Part shown: positions 18,472-28,700 of the stretch, piece after piece
Numbering within the stretch: position 1 is the first letter of the stretch
How the letters are laid out: every line of letters starts with the position of its first letter
Source of the DNA: Saprospiraceae bacterium
GTDB taxonomy: Bacteria; Bacteroidota; Bacteroidia; Chitinophagales; Saprospiraceae
Length of the DNA: 45,557 nt
NCBI GenBank assembly: GCA_040003045.1
Contig: JBDUDG010000001.1
Location: forward strand, 1 to 45,557
Reading direction: 5' to 3'
Position numbers and translations under genes: made by a program
Notes under the pieces: model-generated
Told to the model about the DNA's origin: nothing
The model's input: the letters and a program-made list of their open reading frames with translations, nothing else
Database searches by the model: none

Positions 18472-19794
18472 TTACATATCCCACCAAACCGGTGTGAAAA
18501 GATTTACCTGTGCAGGGGTTGGACAATTGTGATTGTACAAAACCTCTGTTTCAGGATAAGGTAAACGTCTTGGAATCTGTGTCCCTGTATTCGGAGTCAA
18601 TGCAGGAATCCCAGTTCTCCTCCAGTCTGCAAATGCTTCAGGATCCAAAAACATAGCGAGATACTTCTGTGTCATGATCATATCAAGTGTCAGATTACCG
18701 GAGCCATTGGCTACAGAAGGTTGAGCAAGATATGCGTCGATCGCGGCCTGATCAGTAATTTGAGCGTCTGCCATAGACAGACCGATTGCTTCCAGGTACG
18801 CATCATATGCACCAGCTACATCGCCTGTTCTGAATTTAGCTTCTGCCTCAATGAATGTCTGCTCTGTGTAAGTGTAAAATGGCAGTGCATAATCCGGTGT
18901 GAGTATAGGGTGATCCGTATTAAGTTCAGCCCCATATGTAGCATCACGTGGGTCATTCAATGAAGTCAGAATCTCTTTGTACCGTGTGCCGATAGCTATG
19001 TCATTCCTTTGTTCATTATACTGATACCAAGGCTCATTAGCTGTTGAAGCCGTACCATAAGGAAGACGTGCATCACCACCTGCTTCAACACCACCTGCGA
19101 TTGCATCTAAAACAGCCTGATAGTTACCTGATTTTTTAGCTAGTCTTAAATTAACCCTGGCCTGGATACCATTGGCAAATCCGAGCCATTTTGTAATATC
19201 ACCTCCATAGACCAGATCATCAGCACCTGGTTTCTTTGAAGAAGGGCCTTTAGCAAATTCGGTTCTTGCTTCTGTCAACAATGAATTGATGGAAGCAAAT
19301 ATTTCCTGCTGCGTATCAAATTTTGGCTGAGGAACATCTAATCCCTGTAATGCTTCAGAATAAGGAATATCACCAAAACAATCTGTTGTGAACAACAAAG
19401 TATACGCCTCAATAACATCTGCAATTCCTACATATGTTGATTCTGTTGCGGGATCTGCGATGGATTTAAGTTCCTTTAGATTATTCAACACTTTAGGATA
19501 GATCAGGCTGATCCACATATTGTCTGTTGAATTCCCTACAATGTTATAGTTGTTAAAAGCTACAAATTGACGACTTGCACCAGTGGCCTCTTGTGTGAAC
19601 AAGCTTAGAAATCTCGAGCCATCTCCCCAGTACACATAGCTCAAAGCTAATTGCGTGGTTGGTAGCAATACACTGACAGGAACAACATTGGGTGAATTCG
19701 GGTTGGTATTTGCATCCTCGAAAAATTTATCACACGAGGTGGTAAAAATGGAGATGCAAATAACAGCGACTATGAATATTTTATTCGTTTTCAT
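18472..19794 (-). CDS. SusD/RagB-family outer-membrane lipoprotein (pair 1)
   Basis: 440 aa. Lipoprotein signal ...ISIFTTSC, helical repeat-like body, C-terminal FADWRRTGIPAL motif. It lies 26 nt downstream of a SusC-like gene. Confidence 0.85.
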   Translation of the reverse strand: MKTNKIFIVAVICISIFTTSCDKFFEDANTNPNSPNVVPVSVLLPTTQLALSYVYWGDGSRFLSLFTQEATGASRQFVAFNNYNIVGNSTDNMWISLIYPKVLNNLKELKSIADPATESTYVGIADVIEAYTLLFTTDCFGDIPYSEALQGLDVPQPKFDTQQEIFASINSLLTEARTEFAKGPSSKKPGADDLVYGGDITKWLGFANGIQARVNLRLAKKSGNYQAVLDAIAGGVEAGGDARLPYGTASTANEPWYQYNEQRNDIAIGTRYKEILTSLNDPRDATYGAELNTDHPILTPDYALPFYTYTEQTFIEAEAKFRTGDVAGAYDAYLEAIGLSMADAQITDQAAIDAYLAQPSVANGSGNLTLDMIMTQKYLAMFLDPEAFADWRRTGIPALTPNTGTQIPRRLPYPETEVLYNHNCPTPAQVNLFTPVWWDM

Positions 19795-19820
19795 TTTTTT
19801 GTTTTTTGAATTGATTCAAA

Positions 19821-22800
19821 TTAGAATTTAAGTCCAATTGTGACAGTATAGCTCTTTGTATTCGGTCCCTGGAAATAATCCAGGCCCTGACCATTTGAAT
19901 TGGACCCTACTAAACTTGTCTCAGGATCTACACCTGTATATTTCGTGTGTAGCCAAAGATTGTATCCGGACAATGTCAGCGTAGCACCCTGTAAGACCTT
20001 ATGGTTCTTCATCATCTTTGTGAAATCATAAGACAATGCAACATTTCTTAGTCTTACAAAAGAAGCATCTTCAATGAAGTCTTCTGAAACAACTCCAAAT
20101 CCTCCTCCATTATCCTGGTACCAGCCCTGATCCAGTACAGCCGAGATATCGTTAGTTTTTCCGGCAAGCACTAGATTTCCATCAACATCGAAATGTCCGT
20201 TGACACCTGTAAATACTTTTTCTGAACCTCTGTTAAGTGTATTTGCGGAACGTCCGAAGAAGGTAAGAGCACCTTTGGTTCCATTCCACATCTGACCACC
20301 TGACTTGATGTCAAATAAAAATGAAAGACTTAGGTTCTTGAATCTAAGATGATTGTTGATGCCGAGTAAGAAATCAGGATTTGGATTTCCGATATGCTCC
20401 TGTAATGGATCGGCTAAAGGATAACCATAATAATCGCTGGTAGGATCGTCACCAATGACGATATTTCCTTGTCCATCTCTTAACCATGCTCCACCGTAAA
20501 GTTGTCCGTATTCATAAATCGTTTTCTTGCCATTTGCATCCGTCGTTGGACCAAGGTTATAGATAGATGAACCCTGGAAACCGTCCAGATAGATTTGGTT
20601 GACACCATCTGCAATAGACAATACATTTGTTTTCCATTTTGTAAAAGCAAATCCAAGATCCCAATTGAAATCAATTGTTCGAACCGGTGTCAGCGTTAAA
20701 TTCACATCGATACCTTTTGTTTCCAATTCCCCTGAATTGATCGTAGCTCTTTGGAAGCCAGTAGAGGCAGCAATCGGAACGGTAACTATCTGATCGACAG
20801 AATTTTTCTTGTAGACAGAAAGGTCAAGATCGACTCTCTTGCTGAACATTTTCAGATCAAGACCGAGCTCAATTTCTTTTGTGGTAGATGGCTTTAATTT
20901 AGTAGCACCAAGTACATTGTCTTTTTCAAAACCGGTAACGCTTCCATTGAAAGGAAATGCAATACCATTGGTCCATCCGTCATTCAGGTCATTGACTGTA
21001 CCTGCTGTAGGCGGAACAACAAATGTTGTGGATGTCAGATAAGCAGCGGGAGCACCGGCACCCACTTCAGCATAGGATACCCTTAACTTTCCATAATCCA
21101 GGAAATTGGCATGTACATTTTCTGAGAAAATATATCCCAATGAAACTGATGGATAGAAAACAGCGATGTCACTCAGATTTAACGCTCTTGACGGATCGAT
21201 CAGAGAAGATAACCAGTCTTGTCTTCCGGTTACATTCAGGAAAAGAATATCATTAAAGCTTAAGCTTGCACTTCCAAATACGGAGGCTGATTTACTATTG
21301 GTGAGTGTCTTCACAGTTGAGATCGAACCCGCATTGGCAAGATTGGGAAATCCGGGGAAACTGAAACCATCGCCCTGGATGTAATCATTGACAATATTTT
21401 GCCTGTTCAAATTAGTACCCAGAGTATAATCCAGTCCAAATTTATCAGACAACGAACCTCTTCCCGAAGCTGTTAAATACCAGTCCTGATCATTGAAGAT
21501 GTAGGTATCATCAAATATTCTTCCTGTTGGGAAATTTCTTGAGCCAAGCTCAAATGATTGTGTACGGTTATCTGAATAGCTATCGAGACCTACATTTAAT
21601 CCAAGTGTAAACCATTGGCTAAAGTCATAGGATCCCTGGAAAGACCCGAGCAACCTGTTCACATTATCTCTGAACGGATTATTAACTATACTCCAAAATG
21701 GGTTATCATAACCTCCACCACCTCGATAATTTCTTTGTTTTCCATTTGGCTGATAGATAGCGTCTCTGAAATCAACTGCATCTGAGCCGTGTCCATAGCT
21801 ATTGTCAAATGAAATAGGGGTCCTTAATAATCCTAACATCAAGCCAGAAATATTTGAACCTTGCTGAATTCTCCTTCCACCGGAATTGATATAGTTTGCA
21901 TTGCCAGTCAGATGCATTTTATTATGCATGAGGTTAGTTCCAAGCGATGCAGCTACCGTAGTTCTTTTGAACGTATTTAACGGCGTTATTCCATCCTCTG
22001 TAGTATTTCCTGCAGATATCTTGAAATTGACAATATCAGTACCCCCGGAAAATCCCAGGTAATTATTATATGTCATTCCTGTTTTGAACAGGTTGTAATT
22101 ATCGTAGGGTACAAATTTTTTCTGCGCATTTGGATCGCTTTGGCCAACAATGTTTCCATTTGCATCAAATGGATTGCCAGAAGCTCCATCCCAATACAAT
22201 GTATCTGCAGCAGGACCCCAGCTTCCGCTTTGACCAGTAGCTGGTGATCTGTAATTTCCACCTGTACCCTGAACATATTTATTTTGCAATTCGGGGAACT
22301 TATTGGCTTCAGAAAAAGAAAGAGATGTATTGAAATCCACGTTTACTTTTCCCTGTGTGTTTTTTCCTTTTTTAGTAGTGATGACTAATACGCCATTGGC
22401 CCCTTCCGCACCATACAAAGCTGATGCTGCGCCTCCTTTGAGAACTGTAACAGATTCTACATCATTTGGATTGATGTCAATAGCTCTGTTCGAATTGGAT
22501 ACACCTCCCAGTGATCGTTCAGAATGATTTTCAGCGTTGTTTACACGCACGCCATCAACCACAATTATAGCCTCATTATTGCCATTAAAGGTGGAAGGAC
22601 CACGCATAACGACCCTGGTAGGGGCGCCAGCATTACCATTTGATTTCGTGGCTTGCAAACCTGCGACCTGGCCTTCAAGTGCTTCCAGAACACTGGTCGC
22701 ATGATTTTCTACCAGGGCATCGCTGTTGACCTGTTGAACCGAATAGCCGAGGGATTTTTCCTTTCGGGTAATTCCCAGGGCGGTGACGACTGTTTCACCA

Positions 22801-23093
22801 AGCACCACACCCTCTTCAAGGAGGACATTCATATTTCCTGCATTGGTCACTGTCATTTCGTGAGTAGCATAGCCTGTGTAACTAATGACAAGGACATCAG
22901 AGCCTGCAGGGACTGTGATGTTGTAATTCCCGTTAAAGTCAGAGACCGTCCCAATGGAGGTGCCTTTAACCTGGATGTTTGCTCCTATCAGAGCTGTGCC
23001 TTTTCCGTCAGTAACCATACCGGATACAACTTTTTGGGCAGAGAGCTCCAATGTCATGAGCAATAGTGAAAAAAAGAGTAAGAACTTTCTCAT
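19821..23093 (-). CDS. SusC/RagA-family TonB-dependent outer-membrane transporter (pair 1)
   Basis: 1090 aa. Signal peptide, CarboxypepD_reg-like N-domain (VSGMVTDGKGTALIGANIQVKGTSIGTVSDFNGNY), plug (VLKGGAASALYGAEGANGVLVITTKKG), and a long barrel ending ...TVTIGLKF. Confidence 0.95.
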   Translation of the reverse strand: MRKFLLFFSLLLMTLELSAQKVVSGMVTDGKGTALIGANIQVKGTSIGTVSDFNGNYNITVPAGSDVLVISYTGYATHEMTVTNAGNMNVLLEEGVVLGETVVTALGITRKEKSLGYSVQQVNSDALVENHATSVLEALEGQVAGLQATKSNGNAGAPTRVVMRGPSTFNGNNEAIIVVDGVRVNNAENHSERSLGGVSNSNRAIDINPNDVESVTVLKGGAASALYGAEGANGVLVITTKKGKNTQGKVNVDFNTSLSFSEANKFPELQNKYVQGTGGNYRSPATGQSGSWGPAADTLYWDGASGNPFDANGNIVGQSDPNAQKKFVPYDNYNLFKTGMTYNNYLGFSGGTDIVNFKISAGNTTEDGITPLNTFKRTTVAASLGTNLMHNKMHLTGNANYINSGGRRIQQGSNISGLMLGLLRTPISFDNSYGHGSDAVDFRDAIYQPNGKQRNYRGGGGYDNPFWSIVNNPFRDNVNRLLGSFQGSYDFSQWFTLGLNVGLDSYSDNRTQSFELGSRNFPTGRIFDDTYIFNDQDWYLTASGRGSLSDKFGLDYTLGTNLNRQNIVNDYIQGDGFSFPGFPNLANAGSISTVKTLTNSKSASVFGSASLSFNDILFLNVTGRQDWLSSLIDPSRALNLSDIAVFYPSVSLGYIFSENVHANFLDYGKLRVSYAEVGAGAPAAYLTSTTFVVPPTAGTVNDLNDGWTNGIAFPFNGSVTGFEKDNVLGATKLKPSTTKEIELGLDLKMFSKRVDLDLSVYKKNSVDQIVTVPIAASTGFQRATINSGELETKGIDVNLTLTPVRTIDFNWDLGFAFTKWKTNVLSIADGVNQIYLDGFQGSSIYNLGPTTDANGKKTIYEYGQLYGGAWLRDGQGNIVIGDDPTSDYYGYPLADPLQEHIGNPNPDFLLGINNHLRFKNLSLSFLFDIKSGGQMWNGTKGALTFFGRSANTLNRGSEKVFTGVNGHFDVDGNLVLAGKTNDISAVLDQGWYQDNGGGFGVVSEDFIEDASFVRLRNVALSYDFTKMMKNHKVLQGATLTLSGYNLWLHTKYTGVDPETSLVGSNSNGQGLDYFQGPNTKSYTVTIGLKF

Positions 23094-23118
23094 AACAATC
23101 TGGTTTTGAATTGATTAA
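22922..23118 (-). repeat. high-identity duplicated segment: SusC-1 5' coding end plus 25-nt leader
   Basis: Ungapped alignment with 28046-28242 gives 167 of 197 nt identical by my hand count. This includes an exact 27-mer gggcagagagctccaatgtcatgagca and 22 of 25 nt of the non-coding leader next to the start codon. Confidence 0.8.
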
Positions 23119-23137
23119 ATAAATGATGGTTTTATTC

Positions 23138-23159
23138 CAACCTGTGGTCATACAGGTTG
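23138..23159 (-). promoter_or_regulatory. leader/operator hairpin upstream of SusC-1
   Basis: caacctgt (23138-23145) / acaggttg (23152-23159) form a perfect 8-bp inverted repeat with a 6-nt spacer. It begins 45 nt upstream of the start codon. Confidence 0.3.
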
Positions 23160-23404
23160 TCCTTTTCATACTTGCCCTAAGATAGAAAATGATCTTTTGA
23201 TTTAACTATTTACTTATTACAATATAAGCTTGCCTACGATAAAATATATTTCTTCTTCTAATTAGTTGATTTTTAGTACTAAAGTTGATGATTAAATTTT
23301 GTAACTATTTAAACTTATGTTCATTATTATGAATAATGTTTAGTCAAGATTTTAAATATTCTTTTTATCTGATTTTCAAAAAATAAATCAATTCATTTTT
23401 CAAT

Positions 23405-23433
23405 AAAAAAGCCGGCTCATCAGATGAGCCGGC
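23405..23433 (-). terminator. rho-independent terminator downstream of SusD-like gene 2
   Basis: gccggctcat (23411-23420) / atgagccggc (23424-23433) form a perfect GC-rich 10-bp stem with a 3-nt loop. On the minus strand a T6 run follows (plus-strand aaaaaa 23405-23410). Confidence 0.8.
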
Positions 23434-23472
23434 TCGATTTATTTGAATTTTAAAAATTCTCCTAAACAAGAA

Positions 23473-24933
23473 TCAATGAGTATCGAAAAACAATTTTGTT
23501 TCCGGTAGATCACCACCAATAGCTGCTGCTGCTGAGGTGTATCCTGGAGGGTTAACTGTTTGTTCGTTTATCGGGTAAGTTAAGCGTGCTGGATAACCTG
23601 AAACCGCAGCATCTGGCAATTTCAGCTCAGGATAATCCAATCTGCGAATAGAAAGCCAACCTTCGAAACCGCGGTTGTAAAATCCAATCCATGCTTGTGT
23701 TCCGATCCTTTGCTGCCATGATCCTCCGGCTGTATTGTACGCTACTGTAGGTTGAGCAAGATATGCATCTGCATCTGCGTCGGTTCCACCCCATTCAAGG
23801 ATTGACAACCTTACTGCGTTGTTGTAATGTTCTTCGGCAGTTCCACCAACATTGTAACCTCGTTCTACTGCTTCAGCCAGAAGGAATTCAGTTTCAGAAG
23901 CAGAGAAGATAGTACCAGGGAATGTTGGTTTTCTTAGTGCCTCATTCACATGTGTGAAACTGCCATAAGTCTCCGTATGGCCAGGTCTGCCGCCGACATA
24001 TTCAACTTCAGGTGTATTTGGATCATCCAGATTTGGTTCGAAGTAATACTCTCTGCGTGGGTCATTCAAAGAATCCAATGCATTTACAAAAGTATTTGTA
24101 ATGATATAATCCTGACGACTTGATAATACCTGGTCAGCATATAGCGGATTAGTATTTGGTGTAGCGCTGAGATAATCCATAGTGGCATTATCATCATTGC
24201 TGAGGATCGGATCTGCAGAACCTGACTCAACCAATTGGTGAGAAAGCGCACTTTCAGAAGGAAGGTCAGCTAAAACCAAACCCATACGAATCTTCAATGA
24301 ATTCGCAAACTTGATCCACTGAGCCGTATTGCCCTGATAGATATTGTCTGAACCAGGTTCGAAGCCACCTACACTTGCATCCATAGCACTTACAGCCGCA
24401 TTAAGGCGGGCTGCAAGGTCTTTGTAAACAGTGAGGCCATCATCATACGCAGGTGTCAGTGTGTTAATATCCAAAGCTTGTGAATAAGGTACGTTTCCGT
24501 AAGTTTCAACAAGGTGAGAATATGTATACACTTCCAACAATTCAATCAACGCGAGCTTATTCACCTTTGCTTTAGCCTGATCATCGGAAAATGTAATCTC
24601 ATCCGTAATCAATCTTGCAGATTCCTTGAAGTTAGCTAATGAACGTCTGTATAACTCATCCCAAACCTGTTGAGAAAGATTACGCGTGGTGACGTCAAAA
24701 TTGGCTTCTTCTGTGTAGGTCGTTTCTGTCCAATACTGATCCCAAAACCGGTAGGCGTTGTAATTGACATTGGTTGAAACGATTTGATCCGTCATGTTCT
24801 TCTGCGCAGATGTGAACAGTGATTCACCGCTGACAGCAATCGGATTCTTTTTATCGACATTTAGATCCGCCAGGTCCGTGCAAGCCGTAAGGAAGGCAAA
24901 ACATAACCCAAGGATTAGAAATTTATTTTTCAT
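23473..24933 (-). CDS. SusD/RagB-family outer-membrane lipoprotein (pair 2)
   Basis: 486 aa. Lipoprotein signal MKNKFLILGLCFAFLTAC, and it aligns in blocks with the 440-aa paralogue (e.g. GNVPYSQAL vs GDIPYSEAL; WIKFANSLKIRMGL vs WLGFANGIQARVNL). It lies 11 nt downstream of SusC-2. Confidence 0.85.
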   Translation of the reverse strand: MKNKFLILGLCFAFLTACTDLADLNVDKKNPIAVSGESLFTSAQKNMTDQIVSTNVNYNAYRFWDQYWTETTYTEEANFDVTTRNLSQQVWDELYRRSLANFKESARLITDEITFSDDQAKAKVNKLALIELLEVYTYSHLVETYGNVPYSQALDINTLTPAYDDGLTVYKDLAARLNAAVSAMDASVGGFEPGSDNIYQGNTAQWIKFANSLKIRMGLVLADLPSESALSHQLVESGSADPILSNDDNATMDYLSATPNTNPLYADQVLSSRQDYIITNTFVNALDSLNDPRREYYFEPNLDDPNTPEVEYVGGRPGHTETYGSFTHVNEALRKPTFPGTIFSASETEFLLAEAVERGYNVGGTAEEHYNNAVRLSILEWGGTDADADAYLAQPTVAYNTAGGSWQQRIGTQAWIGFYNRGFEGWLSIRRLDYPELKLPDAAVSGYPARLTYPINEQTVNPPGYTSAAAAIGGDLPETKLFFDTH

Positions 24934-24944
24934 ATTTCTATTGA

Positions 24945-27900
24945 TTAGAATTTAACTTTTAGATTAAATGACAAATCCCTTACTGATGGCAATGAAGAGG
25001 TGGTCACTCCCTGAAGATTTCCGGAACCTAAACCTGCTTCAGGATCGGCGTATGGAATATTCTTGGAGATAATCCAAAGATTGGTGCCCACTAAACTCAG
25101 TTGCAAATCTTCAAAGATGGATTTATTCGTAAAGCTCTTAGGGAATGAATAGGTAAGAGCTACTTCACGAAGCTTCACATAGCTAGCGTCATAAACAAAA
25201 GCGACATTAGGCTGTGCAGCATAACCGGCTGTATAAGTATTGCTTCCATCTACGCGGTAAGTGTTCGGAGTTCCGTCGGCATTTACACCTGGATAAAGTA
25301 CACCACCTGATGTTGCATCCGCTGTGACCGGATCCCGGATAGGGTTGCCAAGTTCGTTGTTGCCTGCAGATTCTTCATAAAGACCTGTTCCTGCTGCATA
25401 CCATTGGTCGATCGAGAAGATAGAACCACCGTGTTGGAAGTCAACAAGGAAGCTTAAATCAAAATTCTTGTAAGAAAGTTTGTTGCTGATACCACCTATC
25501 CAATCTGGATTAGGATCACCTATGAGAAGATCTGAAGCAGCTGTTCTCTGATAGTTGCCTTTAGCAGCACCGCTGGCACGAACCAACTTGTTGCCATTAG
25601 CATCATACACATAATCTTTTCCAAACAGAACACCATATGGCAAGCCAATTTTAGCATTGACAGTTACACCACCTTGGAATGAACCTAATTGAATGTTGGT
25701 CAAGCCTTCTGTCAATTCTTTTACTTCATTTTGATTTTTGGTCCAGTTGAACATCACAGACCAGTTGAAATCTGTTGAACGAACAGGAACAACATTCAAA
25801 GTCACCTCAACACCTCTGTTTTCAATATTACCTGCATTAACAGTTTTGAAAACATAACCTGTAACAGAAGAGGTTTTGATTGGCAGAATTTGGTTGATCG
25901 AATTTGTTTTGTAAAGAGCGACATCAAATCCAAGACGATCAAGGAAGAAGCGCATTTCAAGACCAGCTTCATAACCTTTGGTACGTTCAGGTTTAAGTTC
26001 AGCATTCTTCTTTGTGTTTGGCAATGAAGAACTTCCACCATTGAAGCCAGTATTTACGATGTAAGCATCCCGGAGGTTGTTAAAGCCACCCGGAGCTCCC
26101 ACTTCTGCATAGTTGAGACGCAGTTTACCAAATGACAACCAGTCGTTTTCAATCAGGTGACTGAACACGAAGCTACCGGAAACTGAAGGATAACTATATA
26201 CTGCATTTGCTACGGGCAGTGTGGAAGATTTGTCAAAACGAATCGATCCATCTACATAAAGGAAATTGTCATAGCCAAGTGATACGCTACCGAAATAACC
26301 ATTGATACCAGTACGCTCATCTCTTTCGATTGGAAGCGGAAGTGGATCTACTGTATTCTGAAGAGCATATAATCCGGGTACTACAAGACCGCCATTCGTT
26401 GCTGCAAAAACAGAATTGAATTTTGTTCTGCGTATGCTGGTTCCAAGAAGACCTGTCAAATTGAATTTATCGGTAAGATCTTTATGGAAATTAAGGAACG
26501 CATCGAAGTTGTTTTCATTTGCTACGATGTCTCTTCTTGAATATCCACTTGGTGCATCCAGACGACCGATACTACCATCGACACGGTCTGTTCCGATACC
26601 AAAACGATTAGGCACTGAACCTACTGCAAGTCTTTGCTCCTGAAACTCATCATAAGTATCAACAGAAGCGCGACCGAACACGCTCAGCCAGTCTGATAAT
26701 TTGTATTCAGCAGTCACATAACCTAACAAACGGTTACGGCTGTCATTTTCATAGTTCTCATATTGTACCCAGTATGGGTTGTCCCAATAGATAGGTTGGC
26801 CTGAGAAAGGTGCTGACCAGTTCCATGTCTGGTTTTCCTTAGTCTTTTCGTAAAGGTCCTTGAGCTCAGTGATATCTACATTTGATTGCCACCACTGTCT
26901 CATGCTGCTTAATACACCATTGGAGTACCCTGTACCATTACGTCCGAGGGCATCAGTACGAGTATAGTCAGCTAAACCTGATACTGTCAGACGATCTGTT
27001 ACTTTCAAAGTAGTCTTGGCAGAAAAGTTATTTCTCTTCAGCCAGCTGTTTGGAAGTAAACCATCATGATTGTAATTAGTGAATGCCAATCTGAAATCAC
27101 CTGAATCATATGCTTTATCAACAGCCAGTGTGTTGGTCAGCGTGATAGGTGTTTCGAAAAATTCAACTGGATCATGTGCAGCCGCTACCCATGGTGTAGC
27201 TGTTTTGTAGTTAGGAGAAGCGGGCACGAATGCATCCCACTGATATATCAGTTTGGACGCATCAAATGCACTTCCATAAGAAGCATCTTCTGTAAGTGGA
27301 ACGACTTTATCATCGACACCATCGCCATTTACATCATACAGAATAAAACGGTCAGCTGTGTCATAGAAATCACCATATCCTGCACCGTATTTTTTCTGGT
27401 ATTTAGGAAATGTGCTCCTGTCAACACTACCGACAGATATGTTTGAATTTAAAGTAACGCCTACTCCACCTCCTCTTTTTGAACCGCCTTTGGTAGTGAT
27501 CATGATCACACCATTAGCAGCACGGGAGCCATAGAGAGCAGTTGCGGCAGCGCCTTTCAATACGTTGATGGAAGCGATGTCTTCCGAGTTGATATCTGAT
27601 GCTGCGTTTCCAAAGTCGTAGCCTGGAGTACCTTGTTCCTGGGCACGAGTATTTGTGTTCCTGTTAGCGATGGGTACACCATCGACAACGAAGAGCGCCT
27701 GGTTGTCACCACTTAGGGAGTGGATACCCCGGATGTTGACGTTTGTAGAACCACCCATGTTGGTGTTTCGACGGATTTGTACGCCAGAAGTCCGACCTGA
27801 CAATGCATTCAGGAAATTGTCGGATTTCACAATGTTTAAGTCTTCCCCACTGACTTCCTGGGTGGCATAACCGAGAGATTTTTTCTCACGGGTGACTCCA

Positions 27901-28217
27901 AGAGCTGTTACCACCGCTTCACTGAGGACAAGGCCCTCATTCATGGTGATATTCATTGTGGAAGAACTGCCGACGGTGATTTCCTGAGTAGAATATCCTG
28001 TGTAGGAGACTACCACCTTATCGGAACCGTTGGGTACTGTGAGACTGTAATTCCCGTTAAAATCAGACACCGTACCAACGGACGTCCCTTTAACCTGGAT
28101 ATTTGCTCCAATCAGAGGACTGCCTTTGTCATCTGTTACCATACCGGAAACAGATCTCTGGGCAGAGAGCTCCAATGTCATGAGCACTAAGGAAAAAAAT
28201 AGTAATAACTTCCTCAT
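24945..28217 (-). CDS. SusC/RagA-family TonB-dependent outer-membrane transporter (pair 2)
   Basis: 1090 aa with the same architecture as pair 1: VSGMVTDDKGSPLIGANIQVKGTSVGTVSDFNGNY, plug VLKGAAATALYGSRAANGVIMITTKGG, barrel ending ...SFNLKVKF. Confidence 0.95.
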   Translation of the reverse strand: MRKLLLFFSLVLMTLELSAQRSVSGMVTDDKGSPLIGANIQVKGTSVGTVSDFNGNYSLTVPNGSDKVVVSYTGYSTQEITVGSSSTMNITMNEGLVLSEAVVTALGVTREKKSLGYATQEVSGEDLNIVKSDNFLNALSGRTSGVQIRRNTNMGGSTNVNIRGIHSLSGDNQALFVVDGVPIANRNTNTRAQEQGTPGYDFGNAASDINSEDIASINVLKGAAATALYGSRAANGVIMITTKGGSKRGGGVGVTLNSNISVGSVDRSTFPKYQKKYGAGYGDFYDTADRFILYDVNGDGVDDKVVPLTEDASYGSAFDASKLIYQWDAFVPASPNYKTATPWVAAAHDPVEFFETPITLTNTLAVDKAYDSGDFRLAFTNYNHDGLLPNSWLKRNNFSAKTTLKVTDRLTVSGLADYTRTDALGRNGTGYSNGVLSSMRQWWQSNVDITELKDLYEKTKENQTWNWSAPFSGQPIYWDNPYWVQYENYENDSRNRLLGYVTAEYKLSDWLSVFGRASVDTYDEFQEQRLAVGSVPNRFGIGTDRVDGSIGRLDAPSGYSRRDIVANENNFDAFLNFHKDLTDKFNLTGLLGTSIRRTKFNSVFAATNGGLVVPGLYALQNTVDPLPLPIERDERTGINGYFGSVSLGYDNFLYVDGSIRFDKSSTLPVANAVYSYPSVSGSFVFSHLIENDWLSFGKLRLNYAEVGAPGGFNNLRDAYIVNTGFNGGSSSLPNTKKNAELKPERTKGYEAGLEMRFFLDRLGFDVALYKTNSINQILPIKTSSVTGYVFKTVNAGNIENRGVEVTLNVVPVRSTDFNWSVMFNWTKNQNEVKELTEGLTNIQLGSFQGGVTVNAKIGLPYGVLFGKDYVYDANGNKLVRASGAAKGNYQRTAASDLLIGDPNPDWIGGISNKLSYKNFDLSFLVDFQHGGSIFSIDQWYAAGTGLYEESAGNNELGNPIRDPVTADATSGGVLYPGVNADGTPNTYRVDGSNTYTAGYAAQPNVAFVYDASYVKLREVALTYSFPKSFTNKSIFEDLQLSLVGTNLWIISKNIPYADPEAGLGSGNLQGVTTSSLPSVRDLSFNLKVKF

Positions 28218-28242
28218 AACGATTTGGTTTTGAATTAATTAA
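28046..28242 (-). repeat. high-identity duplicated segment: SusC-2 5' coding end plus leader
   Basis: Partner of 22922-23118 (see that entry). Confidence 0.8.
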
Positions 28243-28264
28243 TAGTATTATTCGATGCAAGTCA

Positions 28265-28285
28265 AACTTGAATTGTCTTCAAGTT
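28265..28285 (-). promoter_or_regulatory. leader/operator hairpin upstream of SusC-2
   Basis: aacttgaa (28265-28272) / ttcaagtt (28278-28285) form a perfect 8-bp inverted repeat with a 5-nt spacer. It begins 48 nt upstream of the start codon, the same relative position as the SusC-1 hairpin but with a different sequence. Confidence 0.3.
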
Positions 28286-28700
28286 AACATTTTGATAACG
28301 CCTCCGGGCAAGAAAACGCTGACATGAGGTTACGATATTCTTACACTATTTTAACCTGGACGGGAGGGAAATAAAAATATTTTCCTAACTATTTGATTAT
28401 GAGATATTTAAAGTAAAGCTTTCGAATCCAGGTTTCTCCTATTAGCTATAAAAAAAAATGAAAATCTTCCTCAAGAATTGGGATCTGGGAAGGGAATTAA
28501 GGAATGCCGGTCAGTGTGTAAATAATTCCTTGAAACAAAAGGAGTTGAATCAGTATAAAATCAATCTATATGCCTTCAGTTGTTACATCCACAACTCCGT
28601 TCTTTGACGGCAGATCGCGATTTTACTTTTTTGTCCTTGATTTCAATGAAACCGTCGCAGATGATCCGGTAACCTTGAAAATTAAAGTCAATATTCAATT

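Noticed and set aside
22653-23066. Antisense shadow ORFs inside long genes (also 7658-8098, 8525-8845, 9482-9793, 13804-14190, 27174-27446, 29425-29853, 43913-44188)
   Set aside because: All lie fully within, and opposite to, ORFs with strong family signatures. Their translations are low-complexity or Cys/Arg-rich with no motif, so they are typical frame shadows.
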